From positions 1 to 32,071 of the forward strand of contig MRSU01006106.1 in assembly GCA_008369845.1 (NCBI GenBank): a stretch of 32,071 nt of DNA, given 5' to 3'. The stretch's first letter is position 1. Every line of letters starts with the position of its first letter. Source of the DNA: Trichomonas gallinae. Taxonomy: Eukaryota. Positions 19,126 through 27,417 of this stretch are shown piece after piece. The position numbers and the translations under genes were made by a program. Under the pieces are notes generated by a model that ran no database searches, was not told where the DNA came from, and saw nothing but the letters and a program-made list of their open reading frames with translations.

Positions 19126-19758
19126 ATGGCCTCCAATGATTTACCTAATCACTGGGACTTGTTGAATGACGCTGACAGACAGACATACGAGAGAATTCGT
19201 GCTGCTTTGACGGCTCCTTCGAACAAAAATAAGAAAAATAAGAGGGCCGACGAATTTCGCGACATTCTTGAAGCTATTTATTTATTCGAGAATCATGATG
19301 ACGTTGACAAGTGGAAGCGCTGCTTAGTTTGCGGAGTTTTCAAATTTGAGGGTGGAATCGCAGTTAATATTTCAGCTCTCAAGCGCTTAGTTTTCAAGTG
19401 CAAGTCATCAATTAATGGATCTCTCAAAGCAATCGGTTATCCAAATGTTAAATATAAATCTTCACAATGTGAAGAGTTGTTACAGGGAATCCCTTACCTA
19501 AAAGGAAATACAGTTGAGCTTCGTCAGTGGACAGTCAGATTCCAGGATCCACAGGCTGCCAAGGATGATTTCGAAACCGAAAACTCTCAGTATATAACTC
19601 CTCCATCAGCAGAAATGGAAATGGAAGCGGTCAATCAGTCAAATACTACGGATGTCGAAAAGAACAGTACAGAGACAGAATTCAACTTTTTCAATTCCCC
19701 GTATTGGCCTATGAAGAACAGTTCAGATGATGAAGCCCTTTTCATCGATTTGTTTTAA
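19126..19758 (+). CDS. Initiator-binding domain (IBD; IBP39-related) putative transcription factor
   Basis: LPxxWxLLxxxDxxxY, WKRCLVCG, IAVNxxxLKRL, KCKSSINGS and RQWTVR are hallmarks of the trichomonad IBD family. Acidic C-terminal tail. Confidence 0.92.
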   Translation: MASNDLPNHWDLLNDADRQTYERIRAALTAPSNKNKKNKRADEFRDILEAIYLFENHDDVDKWKRCLVCGVFKFEGGIAVNISALKRLVFKCKSSINGSLKAIGYPNVKYKSSQCEELLQGIPYLKGNTVELRQWTVRFQDPQAAKDDFETENSQYITPPSAEMEMEAVNQSNTTDVEKNSTETEFNFFNSPYWPMKNSSDDEALFIDLF

Positions 19759-19987
19759 TTAATTATTTTTATTTTGTTTGAATTATTTTTGGAAATTAAA
19801 ATATTATGTAAGCATAGGATACATCAAGAAATACATTCTTTCTTTACAACATCAAGAAATATTTAATGATACTTGATCTAGTTCTAAAAGATAATTTTTG
19901 GAAATTTTGAAAATTGAAGATAATAAAAAAATTCCATATAAATTCGAAATGGAATAAGATAATGTTATGGAAAATCACTTTTTTTTG

Positions 19988-20572
19988 ATGAATGAAAATA
20001 AATCATCGAGCAATTCTTCACCAAAAAAGATAAGCAGATCTATTTATAAAGATGATTCTGATGATTCCTCGTATGCTGATGAGGAAGAAGAAGTAAGCTA
20101 CGAAATCGAAACAATTATTAAACATCGAAGAACTAAAAAAGGATACGAGTACCAAATAAAATGGAAAGGATATGGTATGGAAAAATGCACGTGGGAACCT
20201 GCTTCAAGTTTTAATGACGAATCAACTTTGAAGGAATATTGGAAAAATTACAATGAAAAACAAAAAGAAGAACAAAACAAATTAGCAAAACCACAAGAAA
20301 ATACACCAGAAAAACAGACACCAGAAAAAGAACAAAAACCACATCAAACACCAATAATATCAACAATATCAGATGATAACAAGAAAGGACATCTTGAGGA
20401 GATCAAAGGAATTATCAAGAAAAATGGACAAATGTACTTTTTATGTACTGTAGAAGGAAAAGATGAAATAATTTCAAATCAGAAAATGAGAGAAAAGTTT
20501 TCATCCCAATTAATAGATTTTTACGAGTCGAACATTAAATTGACGGAAGTTGTTAAAATAGAATCAAAATAA
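19988..20572 (+). CDS. HP1-like chromodomain plus chromoshadow-like protein
   Basis: Acidic patch then chromodomain YEIETII...YQIKWKGY...TWEP, a K/E/Q hinge, and C-terminal EEIKGI...GQMYFL...QLIDFYESNIKL resembling a chromoshadow domain. TCACT Inr at 19975-19979 places the start at ATG 19988. Confidence 0.85.
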   Translation: MNENKSSSNSSPKKISRSIYKDDSDDSSYADEEEEVSYEIETIIKHRRTKKGYEYQIKWKGYGMEKCTWEPASSFNDESTLKEYWKNYNEKQKEEQNKLAKPQENTPEKQTPEKEQKPHQTPIISTISDDNKKGHLEEIKGIIKKNGQMYFLCTVEGKDEIISNQKMREKFSSQLIDFYESNIKLTEVVKIESK

Positions 20573-20840
20573 CAAATCAAATTTCAAATCATCTACATTT
20601 ATATGATTTATTTCTTTAAGGTCAATCACATTACGCTAGGTTGCCACATTGGCCAAAATTCATTGATATCCAATGATTTTGAAAAAAATCTTTTTATTGG
20701 AGATCAGTACATCACTACGCTTCGTTTCTCACTACATTCATCGCCTCATGCTGAGAACCCTATATCAAAAATGAAAGAAAAACACAATTGATTCCGTGAT
20801 ATCATAGCTCTTTCGTTCTTGACCAATTACTAGGAAATTC

Positions 20841-20915
20841 GAGTGATTCATCCTAGCTGAAGTCTGTGTAAGCTTTAGTCGTTTGCAATTCGGCTCAGGA
20901 ATCACTCAAACATAA
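20841..20915 (+). ncRNA. Candidate structured ncRNA (H/ACA-like guide hairpin)
   Basis: Three stacked helices with G-U pairs that work only on the + strand. ACA at 20910-20912, 14 nt from the base of the upper stem. Confidence 0.4.
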
Positions 20916-21405
20916 TAAAATATGGCCTAGATTTATTTTTTTTACAATTTTAAAAGGGATGGAAAAGTATTTTGTTTGCATATCATGATACTATAAATAT
21001 AAAGTTCATTATAAACATATTTTTATCGTTCTGAATATATATCTATATATTTTGCAATATACGACGTATTTAGACAATATGCCTTTTATATCTTAATAGT
21101 TGTTTGTTATATTGTATAAATATAGTGTGGTATTGATACTATATGCAATAGAAAGATAAAATCAATATCAAAATCTATTATAGAGCAATGAAATCAATAT
21201 CAAAACATCGTACGCCTTTCTAGTATATTGCCAACGCTAAATAGCAAGTTTCTCTCAGAGTTTCTTCAACATGATTGACAAGCACTATGTGCATTATTTT
21301 ATGCATACTGGATTGTATAATTTTAAAATTCAACTAATTTTCATGAGAAATTTAATTTTTGTTTTGTAAACATTTTACATGACATATTTGATAAATAAAT
21401 ATAAA

Positions 21406-23979
21406 ATGAGTAGTGAAAGATCTTTATGGCGTGCAAAGGCCGACAACTATTTTGGCGTTCATAATGAGTATGTCAAGATCAACACTAATCATAATATTAA
21501 AACAGCACAAAAAATCGCTGTTGATAACTTGCTTCCTTTATCATTTTATGTAGATGTTTTTGGCAATTGTAAATTATATTCGTTAGATGGTGCCTATAAG
21601 TACAATGAAATCGGTTCATGCAGCTTAAAAGTCAGACCGACTTCCATTGCCAGCTGCAGAGATAATATTTTAGTTTCTACACAAAAAGGCGTCGTTTTAT
21701 ACACTACTAACGCATCGCTTGCTGCTCGTGCACAAAATATTGATGATTTCATGCAGATGGCTCTTCCAGTTCAAGAGCAACCAAAAGATTTGGGTTCTCC
21801 AATTGCCAGGTTCTTCTCATGCGATACTAAGGTTGAGGGATGGTCAAACAAAGAATTCGCAGTCATCCCAATGGAAGAATTCAAAGATGATATGTATCGA
21901 AAAGCTCAAAAAGGCGTTGACAGGTTCTACGAACAATGTAAGAAGGAAACACCATTCAAAGCCGATCAGTCGTTTTTCTTTGATCACACAGAACCGATGA
22001 AACAACTTGATGCGGAAAATCCGCCACCACCTCCACTTACAGGACCTGTTTCGACAGCTGTTAGACAGGTTGCTTACACATGGAGAAATCCTTCTTCTTT
22101 TGTTTCAATTATGGGAATGAATTGGTTAAGCTGGGACCTGAATCGCCAGAAGCTGAAGTCTTCAGGCTACAGTGGTGGATTCCAAATTTCATCGTTAGAT
22201 GTCAGCCCAATTCTTCGCGAAACATTTGCAATTGGCACATACGGTGGCTCCGTCAAAATCGTTGATACTCGTGCAAGGGATGAGCCTCCAGAGCTAAATA
22301 TCACAAATCAATTAGCACCAATCTCATACGTCAAGTTTTCACCGATTATTCAGCCACTTTTGGCTACAACATCAAGCGACTTCGCAGTCAAACTCTGGGA
22401 TCTTAGAGTTGGCTTCGACAAGCCATTCCTGGTCCTTGACGGCCACAATCACCAAGTTTCGAGTATTCAATTTTCAAATCATCGCGCAGACTTCTTATTT
22501 ACAAGCAGTTACGATAGCACAGTACGTGTATGGAACATTAACAACCAGTATCCACCTCATCACTGCGTTGACAAAATTCTGCCATCTCCAGGTGCTAAGA
22601 TCCTCGAAATGGTCTCCGGATACCATCGTGCCGACAGCTTCTACTTCTCCTGCTCCGATGGCGCCACCGGTGTTTGCGAATTACGCCCGAAATTATTCCG
22701 CCCAGTCATTCCTCACCGTCTTACAACACCAGAAGACCAGGAAGCAGAAGAACTCTCATACTTCAGAAGAAACCAGCTTCTTCTTTCCAAGATTCTCCCG
22801 AAGATCAACAAAGTATTCGAAAAGAAGGAAGATGTTACACCAATCTTCCCACTTCTCGACCTCATCAAGTCAGTTCCATTCGATCTCGAAAACGTTGGCA
22901 TGTCTCAATCATCTCTCGCCGACATCATTGCTCATTACTCATACTACGCTTCCACAGCCATTCCAATGCAATTGCAGCAGATCCCAGAACCGCAGCAGTT
23001 GAGTGACGCAGGCAGAGCCAACTTGTTCGCTAAAGTCATCGGAAGCATCCAGAAGAAAGACCCAGCAACACTTATTGTCGAAAAGCGCAACATTATCATC
23101 GTTCTCGATGCCTTTTCAAGGGAGCAGATCCTCGGCATAGTTCAAGTTATCTCATTGTCAAGCTTCGAAGATGCCCTCGAAGTCGGTGGCGCATATCTTG
23201 AGTTAGTCACACAGACGAACAAGGCCGACAAATTCCTCGATGTCGGCTACTTCCTTTTATACCCGACTGTCTACGATGACCCGTCTCAGAAGTTCGTCCC
23301 ATACACTGAGAAAGGTGTGGACGAGAAGACCAGGCTTAAGCCAATCTTCGACAACACCGCAAAGATCAAACAGGAACTCAGAGATTTGCACGCAATCATC
23401 GCGACAGCTGAAAATGATATCAAGACATCTCCTTCTGACATGTATAAGACATTGCAGAATTACGACAATTTCGTTTCTCTCTTCTTGTGCCGCGTCTATC
23501 TTTCCTTGATGCTCAGCATGCAGCAGTGGTCTTTCTGCATCATCAGGGCCGCTTCTATCGCTAAAGAACTCTCAGCGTTCCCAATCAAGAAGACGATATT
23601 CGACTGGATTGAAAGCGAAGTCACTCCTCGCTTCTTCCCGACAGTCGCCAGGAAGATCACTGACGAAAAGATCACAGACGTACAGTACGCGAACACTATC
23701 GCAGAGATTATCGTTATTGGCATCGGTGCTGAAGAAATCACGCAAGCATTCGAAGATAAGATCACAAAACTCATCGTTATCGTCAAGAACTCTTTGGATA
23801 GAGTCATCAAGGACCACGAATGCCAGAAGATTTTCCAGAAGTCACCATACGAAATCGCGACAATGATTCAGAAGAGAATTGATGAATTAAAGCACTTCTC
23901 TTCTCAGAAGTCATTCCAGAGATGCAGAAGCGCACAAAGCTTGGCGACGTTCATTGCAATGGCCGCCAACAAGGCATAA
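21406..23979 (+). CDS. WD40-repeat protein with C-terminal helical region
   Basis: WD repeats: LLATTSSDFAVKLWDLR, LDGHNHQVSSIQFS, FLFTSSYDSTVRVWNI, GSVKIVDTR. Start is either ATG 21406 (AAAATG context, preferred) or 21379. Confidence 0.9.
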   Translation: MSSERSLWRAKADNYFGVHNEYVKINTNHNIKTAQKIAVDNLLPLSFYVDVFGNCKLYSLDGAYKYNEIGSCSLKVRPTSIASCRDNILVSTQKGVVLYTTNASLAARAQNIDDFMQMALPVQEQPKDLGSPIARFFSCDTKVEGWSNKEFAVIPMEEFKDDMYRKAQKGVDRFYEQCKKETPFKADQSFFFDHTEPMKQLDAENPPPPPLTGPVSTAVRQVAYTWRNPSSFVSIMGMNWLSWDLNRQKLKSSGYSGGFQISSLDVSPILRETFAIGTYGGSVKIVDTRARDEPPELNITNQLAPISYVKFSPIIQPLLATTSSDFAVKLWDLRVGFDKPFLVLDGHNHQVSSIQFSNHRADFLFTSSYDSTVRVWNINNQYPPHHCVDKILPSPGAKILEMVSGYHRADSFYFSCSDGATGVCELRPKLFRPVIPHRLTTPEDQEAEELSYFRRNQLLLSKILPKINKVFEKKEDVTPIFPLLDLIKSVPFDLENVGMSQSSLADIIAHYSYYASTAIPMQLQQIPEPQQLSDAGRANLFAKVIGSIQKKDPATLIVEKRNIIIVLDAFSREQILGIVQVISLSSFEDALEVGGAYLELVTQTNKADKFLDVGYFLLYPTVYDDPSQKFVPYTEKGVDEKTRLKPIFDNTAKIKQELRDLHAIIATAENDIKTSPSDMYKTLQNYDNFVSLFLCRVYLSLMLSMQQWSFCIIRAASIAKELSAFPIKKTIFDWIESEVTPRFFPTVARKITDEKITDVQYANTIAEIIVIGIGAEEITQAFEDKITKLIVIVKNSLDRVIKDHECQKIFQKSPYEIATMIQKRIDELKHFSSQKSFQRCRSAQSLATFIAMAANKA

Positions 23980-24113
23980 AACTCTTGTAAAATGTATTTT
24001 TATTATCTATAAAATTAAATTTGATAATTTCATTCTATTATTTTTCAATTTTAACACAAATATTTTAGTTTTATTCTATAAAAATCTCACATTTCCATTA
24101 AAAAATTCAAATT

Positions 24114-24350
24114 CAAAATATGATTATTATAAAAATAATGATTGAGAAGATTTATCACATATTATTTTAATATAATATGATAATATATGTGATTTATCAA
24201 ATCAAAAATATATGTTGTGCTTGAAAAAATCAATAACAAAATATGATTTTTTATAAAAATAATGATTGAGAAGATTTATCACATATAGATATAATATAAT
24301 ACGAAAATATTTGTTATTTATATGATCAAAGTTATATATTGTGGTTGAAA
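24114..24350. repeat. Tandem duplication, ~124 bp period, 2 copies
   Basis: Identical 36-mer TTATAAAAATAATGATTGAGAAGATTTATCACATAT at 24127-24162 and 24251-24286. Similarity continues to TTGTG.TTGAAA in both copies. Confidence 0.92.
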
Positions 24351-24516
24351 TAGTTAATCTTATTTTAGAAATCTAAGCAATTTAAAGATATTTTGCAAAA
24401 AATGTGATGCAAAGTCCTGCAGCAGCTCATTTAGAAGCTGTTTACAAATTAAGAGATAAAAATCCTGTTTAGATATGATATGAAAACTAGTTTTGATCAC
24501 TTTTTTATTCGAAAAA

Positions 24517-27183
24517 ATGGTGGAAGAAGCTTTTAGATGGTGGAATGGCATCGTTAACGATGAAGAAGACAATCCAAATCCACCAGGCATTCTTCCACCC
24601 GACGATGTGAGTCTTTTAGTTCCATTAATTTCTCCAATATTGCATAATCACACGAATTACACAATGGAAGACGATGATTGTTGGGATTTGATACATAAAT
24701 CACTATGCAAACTTGCAAACAATCCAAATATCGAAAATCCAAATGATGATTTTCCAGAATTCGTTGTTCAACTCTACAGCTATAAAAAACTATTGAAAAT
24801 CAATGATATTGAAACAGCAATGATATACATCGACAGATTTTGCCCAAATACGCCAAATGATTTCTTTATTCGCGATTTAGCTTTATCTATTGATAATCCA
24901 GAGCTTTGCGTGCTGGTTTTACTTAAATTAATCAATGACAAAGACAAAAGATTCTTCCAATGCTTAAATAATCAAGGTTTCACAGATCGAATTTTTGATT
25001 TATACGTTCCATTCCTTTTACTCTTCAATCTCCAAGACGAACACTTCAAGTTCAGACTAGATGTATCAACATTGCTTGTAAATATTTTAGAAATTAATTC
25101 TGGACAATTAAAAGACCACATGTTCACTTCTATCTATCAAAAATTGCTTACACTCATCACGTACGCGCCAATGGATATCGCGTATTCTCTTTTCCGCAAT
25201 GTTATGAAAATTAATGATTTATCTCTAAATAGTCTCAATCGCGAACAACAACAAAACAGGCTTAAAAACCTAATAGGAATTGCAGACTCAAAATGCTCAA
25301 TAAGATTCGCTATTATTCACTATGTCGCAAAATTCAATAATTTTTTCGATCTTTACGATATTATCAAATATATCTCGAAGAAACTACCTGTATCTACAAC
25401 AGACATGGAAATACCAATTCAGCTTGTAAAAGAACTTAATAATGAGTCTCCAATGACGCATTTAATTGTTGTTCGCAATTTATGCAGAACATTGATGCAA
25501 AGCAACGTTTTTATGCGTGCAGCAGCGTTATTGCTCATAGAATTCCTTTCTAATTATGAAAGCGACGAAATTATTGATTGGATGCGCGCATTTGTTCGCA
25601 GAATCTTTATTTTCTTCAAGATTTGCGTGCTAAAGAATAAGTATCTGAACAGGGTTCTTAACTTATGCTCAGTTCTCAGTTCATCAATTTTCCAATCAAT
25701 TCCGTGGCTTTGGAAATCATTGCAACTCGATGCATCAGAAGCATATAGAGACCACTTGTCTTTTATCGCAGACTATTTCCCAATAACATCAGAAACAGAC
25801 GAAATTTTCCAAAAAGAAATTTCAATTTTTTCTGCAACAAAAATTTCACTCAAAGTTTTTCCATTTAAAGCAGATACATGCACACTTACAGAGAACCACC
25901 AGACGCGTCAGTACTCGAACTACAAAGCCATGAACACAGACAGCCACTTAGATGAACTCGGAATTCCGTTGAATATCGCCAGATATTTATACTACGACAG
26001 CGAAATCACAACTAGCGAACAGAAAACATGCCAGTTCCAGCTGGAGGACTTAATTGAAGAGCAGAGGGGCAAAATGATCGAGTGCGAGAAAGCACATCTA
26101 TCAACTAAGTACCCGAAAATGAACAAATTCCAGTCAGCTGGAAAAATGATTATGGTCGGAGCTTCCATTGCATACAGGGAGAGCGAAAACGCTGTCTGGG
26201 AGTTCCAAAAGCGTTCAATCAACGAATACATTAGGACACTGAATGAGATACACAAGTTGCTGGGCATGCACCAAAATATTATGGCGAATATAAAGCTTTT
26301 GATATTTGACAACAACGCGGTTGTCACTGATTCCGTGAAATACAAAAGCCTCAAAGACAGGCGCCACGCGAGCAAAAAGAATTTACTGAATCTCGCGACA
26401 AAGTACAGGTCTCCGAACTACGAACAGATGATACTGGACGAGCTGACGAATTCTCTGTTTAAGTACGACTTGTCAATCAGTTATTCTCCTCCTTCTCAAA
26501 TTGACTCTTACATAAATGAATACTTACTGCGATCAGAGAAATTCTCGCCAATGATGGAAGCCGCGGCCGCAATAGTCACAATGGGCTCAGTTGATGCCGC
26601 GAAGACGACAATAGAAGAGCTAGCGATGGCGATCTCTGAGTCCATCAACAGGGCGACAGATGGATCGAATTTAGTCATCAGCCAGGCAATATTGAGATCG
26701 ATATTCGACATATGCTATAGTTCTTCTTCAATAATCAACGGTTATAAGTCCGCGAACACTGAGTTCATCAGGAAATGCGACGAGTTCGCAGCCAAAACAG
26801 TCATGGAGGCCTCTATTCCCGATTGCATTGTTGGCAGTTTGAGAAGGAGAGCAACAGTTTCGACGATGTTTAGGAACAAGAAACTGATGAGTTTCTCGAA
26901 TATCGAATACATGACAAACCCACTGGATATGGTCAGACATATACATGCGGTGATAACGAGCTTAGACTCGCTGAACTACAGATGCCAGGCCAGACATGAG
27001 TCAGTGATCCTTGTTCAATGCGTGATTTCTGTTTCACCGCCATGCAACACTGTATCGACGATTAAATTCATCGAGCAGTGGGCAACGCCCTTCCTATCTA
27101 AGGGATTGAACGATAGTTTATCAATATACAAAGAGGCTATCAACAGAATAATGAATGTTGATGCAATAGACGAAGACACATGA
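24517..27183 (+). CDS. Helical protein with C-terminal degenerate VPS9-like domain
   Basis: C-terminal TNPLDMVRHI...VILVQCVISVSPPCNTVSTIKFIEQW matches the VPS9 pattern (P.DKL.CI...LPxLxYVxxxAxPP.L.S...YI..F). TCACT Inr at 24497-24501, ATG at 24517. Confidence 0.7.
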   Translation: MVEEAFRWWNGIVNDEEDNPNPPGILPPDDVSLLVPLISPILHNHTNYTMEDDDCWDLIHKSLCKLANNPNIENPNDDFPEFVVQLYSYKKLLKINDIETAMIYIDRFCPNTPNDFFIRDLALSIDNPELCVLVLLKLINDKDKRFFQCLNNQGFTDRIFDLYVPFLLLFNLQDEHFKFRLDVSTLLVNILEINSGQLKDHMFTSIYQKLLTLITYAPMDIAYSLFRNVMKINDLSLNSLNREQQQNRLKNLIGIADSKCSIRFAIIHYVAKFNNFFDLYDIIKYISKKLPVSTTDMEIPIQLVKELNNESPMTHLIVVRNLCRTLMQSNVFMRAAALLLIEFLSNYESDEIIDWMRAFVRRIFIFFKICVLKNKYLNRVLNLCSVLSSSIFQSIPWLWKSLQLDASEAYRDHLSFIADYFPITSETDEIFQKEISIFSATKISLKVFPFKADTCTLTENHQTRQYSNYKAMNTDSHLDELGIPLNIARYLYYDSEITTSEQKTCQFQLEDLIEEQRGKMIECEKAHLSTKYPKMNKFQSAGKMIMVGASIAYRESENAVWEFQKRSINEYIRTLNEIHKLLGMHQNIMANIKLLIFDNNAVVTDSVKYKSLKDRRHASKKNLLNLATKYRSPNYEQMILDELTNSLFKYDLSISYSPPSQIDSYINEYLLRSEKFSPMMEAAAAIVTMGSVDAAKTTIEELAMAISESINRATDGSNLVISQAILRSIFDICYSSSSIINGYKSANTEFIRKCDEFAAKTVMEASIPDCIVGSLRRRATVSTMFRNKKLMSFSNIEYMTNPLDMVRHIHAVITSLDSLNYRCQARHESVILVQCVISVSPPCNTVSTIKFIEQWATPFLSKGLNDSLSIYKEAINRIMNVDAIDEDT

Positions 27184-27417
27184 ACTTTTTTTTTTATATT
27201 TTTTGTGCGTTTTTTAATATTTATTTTGTTTATTAAATTTTATATATATTTGTTAAATCCTATATATATATGCTATCTTTGCATAGTAGTAAAAATATAT
27301 TATGAAATTTCAGTGTTTTAACATACTAAACTGATAGAAGATATAAAAGAATGATGTGCTCGTTTAACACCAAATAAATCTTTATTACCAATCAGCTTAG
27401 ATAAAGTAAAAAAAAAA

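Noticed and set aside
20603..20791. 62-aa ORF after the HP1-like gene
   Set aside because: Starts 30 nt after the previous stop, within its likely 3' UTR; no protein features.
15323..27183. Functional cluster (Vps4 with VPS9-like; IBD with HP1-like)
   Set aside because: Most of these genes show their own promoter elements, and orientations and functions are mixed. These families are large in trichomonads, so adjacency is expected by chance.
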